Positions 13,617 through 24,804 of a stretch of DNA of 64,000 nucleotides are shown here, one piece after another. Position numbers and translations under genes: made by a program. The first letter of the stretch is position 1. Every line of letters begins with the position of its first letter. Under the pieces are notes generated by a model. The model saw only the letters and a list, made by a program, of their open reading frames with translations. It was not told the DNA's origin and made no database searches. This DNA comes from Ruditapes philippinarum (Eukaryota), in assembly GCF_026571515.1 (NCBI RefSeq), contig NW_026860350.1, forward strand, positions 124,001 to 188,000, in the 5' to 3' direction.

Positions 13617-14598
13617 GTAAGTTGCAATGGTTTTCTTCTGTTAACATTGACATGTGCTGTACCATATGTGCAGGGTCTGTCCATGCCAAATTAATTGTTT
13701 ATAAGAAGGTATATTTTTAGTGTGAATTACTTGCCTATTGACCCTTGCTGATAAGCCTTTGCCACCAGTATAAAGATACCAGTAGGCCGGCCTGCACATC
13801 AGTACAGACTTACTTGACTTTACTAACTTCAAATTTTCATCAAGATATCATGGATAGTTCCAAAACTGGAAACTTTATAAATATAAGAAATTTGGCAGAG
13901 TGAAGGATAAAACTAAAATTACTAAACAGCTAAAACTGCCTCTTTTTAATTTAAGCCCCCCAAAAAATGTTTTTGATAATGGGTTTTAATAATAATCAAA
14001 AATAATATTTGATAATATCATGGATCACACTGATGTTTAATTGATTTTACGCAGTATTTTAGAAGTCAAGAGAGTTTCAGGACTTGAGTAAAAAAATACC
14101 TGTTTATAGTTCAAAGCTTAATATAAGATAAATGATAACTGTTACCTGATAATTCCCATAGAGAAAACATTGTTCTATAATGATATAAGACTTATTTTGT
14201 ATGATAAAGTTTATGATATCTCAGCCTTGTACATGATATATTTTCTATTTATATCACATAAAACTCAAATTCTTACTGAAAAAAAAAAGAAGTTTATTTT
14301 AGTATGAGAATAGATGGAAATTTACACTAAGCAGATTCTGTGGTTTTACGTCATCAAGGTAATAATAATAAAATGTAAGCATTAACGTAGAGTGATATCT
14401 TTCACCCTAGTTTTCTTGATACATTGCATATTGTCAATCTAAGACATGGGGAAACTTGTGCCAGGAAACACTTGTCGGTAACAGTGTTATCTATTAGGCT
14501 TGTTACTGATATATATTCATTAGAATTATGTGTTTCTTAAGTTCATCACAACACTGCAGTTGATTGTTCTTTATGTACTCAACATTGAATTCATTTGT

Positions 14599-16170
14599 TC
14601 TCTGTTACAACATTGCTGTTATTTGTTGTATAAAGTTACTCTGTTACAACATTGCAGTTATTTGTTGTATAAAGTTACTCTGTTACAACATTGCTGTTAT
14701 TTGTTGTTTAAAGTTACTCTGTTACAACATTGCAGTTATATGTTGTTTAAAGTAACTCTGTTACAACATTGCAGTTATTTGTTGTATAAAGTTACTCTGT
14801 TACAACATTGCAGTTATATGTTGTTTAAAGTAACTCTGTTACAACATTGCAGTTATTCATTGTTTATAGTTACTCTGTTACAACATTACAGTTTATTTGT
14901 TGTATAAAGTTACTCTGTAACAACATTGCAGTTATTTGTTGTATAAAGTTACTCTGTTACAACATTGCAGTTATTTGTTGTATAAAGTTACTCTGTAACC
15001 ACATTGCTGTTATTTGTTGTATAAAGTTACTCTGTTACAACATTGCAGTTATTTGTTGTATAAAGTTACTCTGTAACCACATTGCTGTTATTTGTTGTAT
15101 AAAGTTACTCTGTTACAACATTGCAGTTATTTGTTGTATAAAGTTACTCTGTAACCACATTGCTGTAATTTGTTGTATAAAGTTACTCTGTTACAACATT
15201 GCAGTTATTTGTTGTATAAAGTTACTCTGTTACAACATTGCAGTTATTAGTTGTTTAAAGTTACTCTGGTACAACATTGCAGTTATATGTTGTTTAAAGT
15301 AACTCTGTTACAACATTGCAGTTATTCATTGTTTATAGTTACTCTGTTACAACATTACAGTTATTTGTTGTATAAAGTTACTCTGTAACAACATTGCAGT
15401 TATTTGTTGTATAAAGTTACTCTGTTACAACATTGCAGTTATTTGTTGTATAAAGTTACTCTGTAACCAATTGCTGTTATTTGTTATATAAAGTTACTCT
15501 GTTACAACATTGCTGTTATTTGTTGTATAAAGTTACTCTGTTACAACATTGCTGTTATTTGTTGTATAAAGTTACTCTGTTACAACATTGCAGTTATTTG
15601 TTGTATAAAGTTACTCTGTTACAACATTGCTGTTATTTGTTGTATAAAGTTACTCTGTTACAACATTGCTGTTATTTGTTGTATAAAGTTACTCTGTTAC
15701 AACATTGCTGTTATTTGTTGTATAAAGTTACTCTGTTACAACATTGCTGTTATTTGTTGTATAAAGTTACCTCTGTTACAACATTGCTGTTATTTGTTGT
15801 ATAAAGTTACTCTGTTACAACATTGCTGTTATTTGTTGTATAAAGTTACTCTGTTACAACATTGCTGTTATTTGTTGTATAAAGTTACTCTGTTACAACA
15901 TTGCTGTTATTTGTTGATTTAAAGTTACTCTGTTACAACATTGCAGTTATTCGTTGATTAAAGTTACTCTGTTACAACATTACAGTTATAAGTTGTATTA
16001 AGTTACTCTGTTACAACATTGCAGTTATTCGTTATATGAAGTTACTCTGTTACAACATTGCAGTTATTTGTTGTTTAAAATTAACTCTGTTACAACATTG
16101 CAGTTATTTGTCTGTTACAATATTGCAGATGTTTGTTCTTTATGTTTATTCTGTTACAACATTGCAGTTA
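14599..16170. repeat. 39-bp minisatellite (CTCTGTTACAACATTGCWGTTATTTGTTGTATAAAGTTA)
   Basis: About 40 tandem copies; gives the 13-aa repetitive ORFs. Confidence 0.97.
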
Positions 16171-17159
16171 TTTTCGTAGGTAATCATCAATATTAAACAT
16201 GTAGAATTAAAGTTTAGACTTCAGAATGTTTGATTTTCATTTTGCTAGTTTTTGGATATTTAGGAATAATTAACTTGCTGATTATATTACATGGTTTTCA
16301 GTTACTGTAAAGTGATATATTTTATTAAGTAAAGAAATTTAGCAGTCTCAGGCCAGAAACTGATGTTTGTATATTATACATTGTACAAGGGGATTTGCTA
16401 CTGCCTTTAATCTTATCTTTGTTGATTTCTGTGAGTTGAAGGAAATAAACTGGCTGGAAAACAAAATTTGTTTATTGATTTTGGACTGGAATGTTGTGAG
16501 AGAGGTTGAAGTTTGCAATTTTTCATTGGCAAAAGTTCATGGAAACAAGAATATTATTAGCCATTAATTAATGGAATGTAAAAGAAGGATGTTGACCTAC
16601 CAACCGTTACCTTGTTAATACCTTAGATATACTTACCTGCTTTACTCATATTCTTTAAATCAAGACTTATCCAATTATTCTTAGTATTTCATATTAAAAA
16701 TTTTGATTTATGAAGCCGATTTTTAGCAAATTTAAATGTTTTTATTTAAATTAAGGCTTATCAAGTTATTCTTAGAATTTCATATTTGATTTATGAAGCT
16801 GGGTTTGATCAAATTTTGAATTATGAAATAAAGCATTAAGGTTGTGCGGCGGGTTGTGCAGACATTTTGTTTCATGTCAAGAAGTACTCAGTTAAAAGCA
16901 ATTATTAATGATTTTTGTTTAACTAAGAAATTCAAGACAAAAAAGGAGCATTGAATAAACTTGAATTAGACAAGCTACTCCTTGCACCATTTAACACAGT
17001 TCTCAATAATCCTGATTTGATATTATATGATGAATGTGTAATCAAATCAAATATACCTAACTCAATCATTTGAATCAGTGAATACTTTCATTGGTTGGTT
17101 AGTTGGTTTGGAATTCCTGAAAAATTAGGTCAGTGCCTTTGTTGGTTTTGTATAGAAGT

Positions 17160-17345
17160 ATCTTTGTTGATATTGTGTTGTGGTGTCCTTGTTGATATTA
17201 TGTTGAGGTGTCATTTTGTTGATTTGGTATTAAGGTCTCTTTGTTGATTTTGTGTTGAGGTGTAGGCCCCTAATTGTTGATTTGGTGTTAGGTGTCTCTG
17301 TTGATCTTGTGTTGAGGTGTCATTGTTGGTTTTATATTGAGATAT
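17160..17345. repeat. Degenerate ~26-29-bp GT-rich tandem repeat
   Basis: Recurring ttgttgat...tgttgaggtgtc. Confidence 0.6.
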
Positions 17346-18047
17346 GTTCTGTTCTTGCAGAAATTGTCTATGATTATAACACTTTATCTCAGATATTTTC
17401 TTTTTTATATTCCTTAAGTATGTTAAAGCACAATCTTATGGCATTATGTACAGAATTTTTTTGAAGTTTTTTCTTTAGATGTAAACACATTGGTTGCACA
17501 GTGAAATAAATTGTGGGATAGGTTTTCATTTTCGTCTGGAAAAAACAATTTCTTCTCAAATATAAATGGATCATTTAAAAGTTATTTTGCACGGTTGTTT
17601 ATACAAAAGAAAGTTGTATTTCACATAAAACTTGTAACATTACCAGCATCTTTTAATAATGTGACGCTGATATTTCTGCTGTTTATACATTGTCTTAGGT
17701 TCTGATACATATTACAACAAAAGATAACAAATCTCATCTGCAAGTTAGGTGTGACAGTATCATGTATCTTAATTGATAACTTAAATCTAAGTAGATTTAC
17801 ATAATTATAATCATTGTCATCATAATAAGCTCTTTACTGTAATTATATCAGTGTCTTTTAGTAAATGATAACTTAATACAGTAGATTAAAATAGCATTAA
17901 TGTCTAGGGAAAAGGGAGTGTTCAAGGTAAATATATCTAATATATTATAGAATATAATAAGAGTGGAGGGGAATACAGGGAGTGTAATAAATCATTACAT
18001 ATTTCTGTCATGCACATATTAATTGTTATATTTATACAAGCTTTTAC

Positions 18048-18107
18048 CTGGCTTGTTTCTTGGAGACTCTGCCCGGGAGCAATACTTGTACTCACTCGCA
18101 TTGCCAT
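18048..18107 (-). CDS. Candidate alternative first coding exon (MAMR or MAMRVSTSIAPGQSLQETSQ)
   Basis: accATGG Kozak context. Two phase-0 donors: CGA|gtgagt (exon end 18096) and CAG|gtaaaa (18048). Local CpG retention. Confidence 0.5.
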
Positions 18108-21069
18108 GGTTACATACAAACAGAAAAAAACCCCAACCACTCTCAATGTCGTTTATAATTAATACACTTTTTATCACAATTTTTTTTTTTATTATTACAA
18201 ATACACACAAAAAATAAAAATCCAGTATCAGGTAGTGAAAGCACTGGTGAATATTTCACAGTATAATCCTTGTCACTGGTTGTGGAGAATCACAGTAAAA
18301 GTCGGCATCCACACTTATATCATTAAATGAATCAGTTACAGCTTTATAACTCACATAATTATGCTGAATTACTTGCTAATCAGGGAGATGACATTCACTG
18401 TAGCTTTTGGAGAAAAAAAAAAGAGAAATAAAACAAAAAAACAACATTCTCTTGAAGAATAATTTTGAAACAAACAAAGAGCTGTTGTAGCGTGTTAATG
18501 AATGCAACAAATGATTTCTAGTCACAGCTTGTAATCAGTCAAAAAAAATAAAGTAAATGAATTGAAATAAATGATTAATTACTGAACATCCCAGTATGGC
18601 AATATTTTGATTGCATTGACTCTACCTCACAAACTGTCAGCACCGAACAAAATTTGTGATTTTCTTATCACATTTTAGTAAGAAGATAGATAGATAGATA
18701 TATAACTTTGGTGACTAAGATAACCATTCAGCTGTTCTGTATCATTGTATTTTATTAATCCTTGAGAAAACATAGGTAATAGTGTTTTTTTTTTTTATCT
18801 TTATCCAAGTCACACAGAAAATTGTCTTGTTTTGTTCACCTGTTCAGTTCATTACAGTTCATTAGAAAATGAAGGTAAGTAAATGAACAGTAATGTATGT
18901 ATCACGTTTAAGTGTTTATAATTCCAGCAATATTGTCACACAAGAGTGAAAGATAATCATGTTGATGATGACAGTGACTGTGGTGCTATCATTTTTGACA
19001 TTACCTTTGTATAAATGACAGGTCTTGTGTAGTTATTGGTAGGAACGCCAGAAATCACACCTGAACATTGCAGCTGATGCTATCAGCTAACTAGTGGTTT
19101 ATTTTTCGTGCCAGTATGTTTTTGGTTCCATTCCAACACCCTCATAATAAAATGCATGTAGTGAGTTTTATTGTTACAAATTTGATTGAAGACATTGAAA
19201 GTTGTGTACCTGCCCATCAAATTGTTATAGCGGTCTGTAAAATCTCACCTCAACTGTTATATAGAGTAGCAAAAACTTACAAAATTTAAGAATTTCAAAA
19301 AAAAACTAGTATCGTAAATGTCACATTTACATCACTATTAAACTGATAAACATATTTCCTACAAACATCAGAATGTGTTACCAATATGAGACCAATATTC
19401 ATTAAATTAATGGTCCTGAATTTATTTATTTTTGGTAGAATTGAAGGTTAGTTGAAGATAAACATTTTACTATCTAGATACCTAGACAATATCTTCACAG
19501 ATATTAATTTAACTTATTCATTATGAATACTTTAATGCCTGCAATGGTTTGGATTAACAGAATTCAGTTTTCCAAATCTGTAGAGAAAATATGTAGGTAT
19601 AGAATGTAGATGATTTTTAATGAAGCAGTGCAATACCAAGCATTTCGATTGATTATAAAGGAATAACATGCCTAATGCATTTAAAGAGTATTTTATATCC
19701 GTCTAATAAGATAAAGCTGCAACTAACTGCAACCATAGAATATTAAGATTATAGGAATCTCCGGCAACCGACTTATTTACAGTAATACTTTCTGCATTAT
19801 AGTTGATTTTTTTTGTTTCCAAGATGCATTTGCCAAGAGCATTGTGAGTGTTGTTTTATCATTTAATAGAGAAGTTATCATTGACAAACTCTTATCAAAA
19901 CTATTATGATATATATATTGATAGTGTCTATTCAATAAGACTGTAAGGATGTGAGATGTAAACAACAATTTGTGTGTTTGTACTCCTTGCCTCCTTGTCT
20001 TATTTCATGATGGAATTCATCTTCAAGCATAATTTCTTTTGCACCTAGCACATTCAGTATAAGTAGTACCTTAATTAGAGTAAAGTAAAATATAAACTGT
20101 TTTCATGTAAACTCTGACTGTCACAAGATTTATTTTTTCCACATAGTTACCTCCCTTTACTAATCTTACCTCCCTTTAACATAGCAACATTGTATTAAAA
20201 TAGGTCAGTCTTGAGTTTGTTGTATTTAAGACATAGTTTACCACTTTTAAGTTTGTTGTATATTTTCCTGCTTTTAGAATACAAAAAAGTTCAAAGCTCT
20301 AACAAAACATTCTGGTGATAGATTGCTTTAAATCTATTGGGAGGAGAGCTGCAATTCTTATTTGTCTGTACAAAATTGGATTCATTTTTGTCTGCAGTGA
20401 TCAATTAACTGACAAAATAAAACTCATTTTTTGTTCAGAATGATTAAATACTTGAACTCATTTTTTGAATGACGCCTATTAATATTAGAATGAATGATAA
20501 TGATTTACAAACAAAGAGATTTGATACAACTGTAAAGACTGGATCATATTGTAATAATGAATGATAACATATCTGATTATATCTAATTAATCAACATCGT
20601 GCTTTCAATTATGCTTCAATTCCCAGACCACAGTTTTCTATAATAAGAGGGACTGATATGCACTAAGTCTTTATACAGTATATAACAGCTATTCCTAGCC
20701 CTGCTTTTAATTGATGTATGCAACTCATGCAAAAATGGATCGTTTTTTGATGAATGGACCTCCAATTTTCAAGACAATGATACTGTTCTTAATAAAAACA
20801 TTATCCCAGGAGAGTTTGACTTTATGCTGGCTTTGAACAGATAAATTGTTTTGATATCTGTGTATTATCAATACATGTATAGGGGTAGTTTTTCTGTCCA
20901 TGAACATTAATCAGGTAGTTAACAAGATGTTACTATAAATAGATATCTCATTAGGAACTCAACTGCAGCTACCTGGAGTATCTAGAAATGTGTTTGAACT
21001 GTACATGTGGTACTGGCCTGTGGAAAGAACCAATTAAGCCTGTCAAACAACCATAATTGATTTCCCAAT

Positions 21070-21960
21070 TGCCAGGAATGCTAGAAATTTTGTTCATTGT
21101 CAGGGATCCTAGGAATTTGGTACATTGACAAGGATGCCATGATGTTGATACATTGTCAGGGATGTCAGGAACTTGGTACATTGTAAGGGATCCCAGGAAC
21201 TTGATACATTGTCAAAAATGCTAGAAATTTGGTATATTGACAAGGATGCCAGGAACTTGGTACATTGTCAGGGATCCCAGGAACTTGGTACATTGTCAAA
21301 GATGCTAGAAATTTGGTACATTGTTAGGAATGCCATGATCTTGATACATTGTCAGAGATGCCATGATCATGATACATTGCCAGGGGTGCCATGATCTTGA
21401 CACATTGTCAGGGGTCCCATGATCTTGATTCAATTGTCAGGGATCCCATGATCTTGATACTTTGTGAGGGATGCCATGATCTTGATACATTGTCAGGGAT
21501 GCCATGATCTTGATTCCATTGTCAGGGATCTCATGATCATGATACATTGTCAGGGATGCCATGATATGATACATTGTCAGGGGTGCCATGATCTTGATAC
21601 ATTGTCAGGAATGCCATGATCTTGATTCCATTGTCAGGGATCCCATGATCTTGATACATGGTCAGGGATGCCATAATCTTGATTCATTGTCAGGGATGCC
21701 ATGATCTTGATACATTATCAGGGATGCCATAATCTTGATTTGTTGTCAGGGATGCCATGATCTTGATACATTGTCAGGGATGCCATGATCTTGATTCATT
21801 GTCAGGGATGCCATGATCTTGATACATTGTCAGGGATGCCATAATCTTGATTCATTGTCAGGGATGCCATGATCTTGATACATTGTCAGGGATGCCATGA
21901 TCTTGATACATTGTCAGGAATGCCAGGAACTTGGTATATTGTCAGGGATGGCAGAAACTT
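21070..21960. repeat. 28-bp minisatellite (CTTGATACATTGTCAGGGATGCCATGAT)
   Basis: About 30 tandem copies with divergent edges. Confidence 0.95.
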
Positions 21961-22269
21961 GAAACAATGCTATGAACTTGTTTGTTTTTGGCACCTTAAT
22001 TGATCTGATCTAATGTTGATTACATTTCTACATTAAATTTTAACATTTCTTTTATTTTTGTCATTTAGAATGTCAAGAGATCTTTAATCAAATTTCATTC
22101 TCAACACACATTTTCAAAAAGGGAGTTGTTTAGTTGAGTTAAAGAAAATTAATTTTTGAAGTTGGAAGCAATTTCATTAAACTCTGGATGTGATAAATGT
22201 CTTCTGTTTTTCTGATTTTATGTCTTGAAGAATTTGAACTGGTTTCAGAACAGACTGTAGATATACATG

Positions 22270-22550
22270 TAAAGACAACCCATGCTGGAAGTTAACTGTA
22301 AGTTTAAGAAATAGATAGGGTTTCAGCATAGTAAAGATAAAGATACATAAACATTGCAGGAAGGGTAACTTTAAATTGAAGAATTAGATAGGGTTTCAGC
22401 ACAGTAAAGATAAAGATACATAAACAATGCAGGATGGGTAACTTTAAATTGAAGAATTAGATAGGGTTTCAGCACAGTAAAGATAAAGATACATAAACAA
22501 TATAGGAAGTTAACATTAAGTTGAAGAATTAGATAGGGTTTCAGCACAAT
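22270..22550. repeat. 72-bp tandem repeat, 3-4 copies
   Basis: agatagggtttcagca recurs at about 72-bp spacing. Confidence 0.85.
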
Positions 22551-23678
22551 AAAGTGATGGAGACTTAACACTGTGACATTTCATTATACCAGAATATTGC
22601 CAAAATCAAAGAGTTTTTCTTTTAAGATGATACATATACCATTTAGATGATGAAAATGCAAATAAACATATAACAATGATTATATAGAAATGCAATCAAC
22701 GTTTTTTGTGAATATTTATGAAAAATGATATTGTTACCTGCTTTGAAAATATAAGCAGTACTATAATTTGAAATCATGAAAAATAAATTCAAATAAAAAC
22801 TTGATCACTCACAAGAATTGATTGATTTTAACAGGTGTATTAAAATTCACTAAATGAAAGTCAAAATAATATGAACAATAAATACAAAGAGTGGGGCAGT
22901 CTTTCTATAATAGTTTTAAGCTAATCTTAACATATTTCAATATCAACTGTTGTTCAATCACCATTATAACTATAAATTCAACTCAACTTGACAGTGATTA
23001 TAAGAGCATAATGTCACTTTAAATGATCTTGTTACAATGGCTGTGAAATGTTCATGCCCAAACTAAGTGTTAATGGTGATAATAAAAATACTCTTTATGC
23101 ACCTCTCAGAGTGTAGAGCATAAATAAGCCACTTTACAATAATTTTGGGGCTACTCAATTGTTGTTTTTCATATACTACCACAGGACTGTTCTAAATTCA
23201 AGGAAAAAAAGTCAATAATAAAAATACAGCATGTTAGAAATTGATATTGCATTTTAATTTACCTTCATCATTCTAAATTTTCATGATATTTAGAATAGAA
23301 TGATTTTTTGAATGGAAGCATAAAATCAAGATATTTTGTTACGTCATTCGGATGATGATAAGATTTATATTACCGTATCTAAATTAAATCTAGACGTAAC
23401 ATGCAGATGCTTCCGTATATTAGTAATATTATGTTAAGATAGCTCCCATCATTGTAATCAGTGTTGAGCATTTATAGTTGAACATGTTTTTTAATGTTTC
23501 TATTGGGAGACATTAAGTCAGGTTGTTGTCTGTGGGTATGTATGTGTGTGCTGCCATCTGGTGAAATTGTTATTGTTTTTGAACTACATTCATCAATATA
23601 GGTTTCGATGAATCTTTGCAGAAACAATAGGTAAAAATTTTGTAACAGAAAAAAACTGTGCATGTATGTATAATTACA

Positions 23679-23809
23679 TGTCACGGTTCAGAACTGTTCA
23701 CTATTTAGGGGAGAAGATATGTAAGCGGCTGGTAGAACCGCGGAACGGTATTCCGAGGGTCCCGGGTTCGAGTCCTGGTCAGGCTGCACATTTTTCTCAC
23801 CGTGTGACA
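23679..23809 (+). mobile_element. 131-bp solo-LTR-like element containing a tRNA-like B box
   Basis: TGTCAC...GTGACA inverted termini, near-TSD taca/tata, internal GGTTCGAGTCC. Confidence 0.55.
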
Positions 23810-24615
23810 TATATTAAATGAGAAGAAGTCATGTATAAACTGATAGATTCTCGTGACCGCATGTTTTTAATATATGTGACTCCGGGTGCAATGTTAAAAA
23901 CAGCTTTATGCAGTGACGGCCCTAGTAGCTTTATAATCAAAACATTACTGTCAAATGGCATGGCACTTGCACATTAAACAGGCTTTAAATGCATTCTTGT
24001 GCTTCTGCAGATGTTAATGCACATAAAAAGATGCTTTAACTCTCTATTGAACTGCAGTAAAGGTGGCATTTTCATGAGAAGTTTAATGGGTAAGATCAAG
24101 GATTAATACAGTGCATTTAAAAGGGGAAAAAAATCAGTTCTTTAATACAATAAAGAGGTATGAAAAGTCAGCATTATAGAGAAAGCATCATATGCAGGAA
24201 ATTATATAATAATGGAAATGGCCTCAAATAGGCCATAGATATTAAGATCATGCCTTTTCTTTATCTGGAATTACCCCCATCCCCCTCCCCCTTCCCAGTA
24301 AAAGGAGATTTTCTCTAAAAATCCCCATATTTGTCACATTAGTTATCTTGACTATTCAAAGCATAGGGAGAGCTATTGTACTCACCTTTTTTCTGTGCAA
24401 TCTTCAAAACTACTGAACTAGCTCATTCAGAGCATATATTTCTGATAAAAAGAGACCTTTTAAGAAAGTACAAAAATTTCATGAAGTTTTTGTTTTTACA
24501 ATCCATTAGTTAGAGCAGCAAAAACAATTGTCATAATTTATTGCTGTCATAGTTATTTTAAAAAAAAAATGAGTTAAAATTCGATTGTGATAAAATGATG
24601 AGAGCTTTACTTTAC

Positions 24616-24804
24616 CTCATCCGAGTCTTGTGCAGCTATAGCTGCTGCGGTAGTCGATGTAGCCGACTGCGTCCGGTCACGCTCATAACTTCTTGCTTCA
24701 CGTTTACCTCCGCCTGGGCCCCATATTCCTTGTGTGAAGTTTGTATGTCGGCTAGAATGCACCCCTTGAGATAGGGCTTGGACCCCAGATAAATTGTAAC
24801 TCAT
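24616..24804 (-). CDS. Candidate alternative first coding exon (MSYNLSGV...AAQDSDE)
   Basis: 63 codons in a GC/CpG-rich island within an AT-rich intron; in-frame stop just upstream of the ATG; GAG|gtaaag donor, phase 0. Confidence 0.65.

Noticed and set aside
13650-13910. Short degenerate fragments resembling one old dispersed family (also about 26810-26960, 40950-41050, 43415-43510)
   Set aside because: Too decayed to define boundaries or class without a library search.
14145-14170. Minus-strand ATG-donor pairs in phase 1 (here and near 31897)
   Set aside because: AT-rich, and the phase disagrees with the array. Treated as chance or UTR exons, and noted as background noise for the antisense-gene hypothesis.
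14530-15804. Cys/Leu-rich repetitive ORFs (also 1422-1777, 8393-8671, 20969-21394)
   Set aside because: They are translations of minisatellites in several frames, with no splice or start context.
16629-16639. ATACTTACCTG, identical to the 5' end of U1 snRNA
   Set aside because: No U1 stem-loops or Sm site follow. Better explained as a minus-strand donor or chance.
24700-24770. GnRH/corazonin-like peptide QGVHSSRHTNFTQGIWGPGG-GKR in the antisense ORF
   Set aside because: WGPG plus GKR resembles an amidated neuropeptide, but there is no hydrophobic signal peptide and an in-frame stop precedes the ATG. Likely coincidence unless an upstream signal exon is spliced in.
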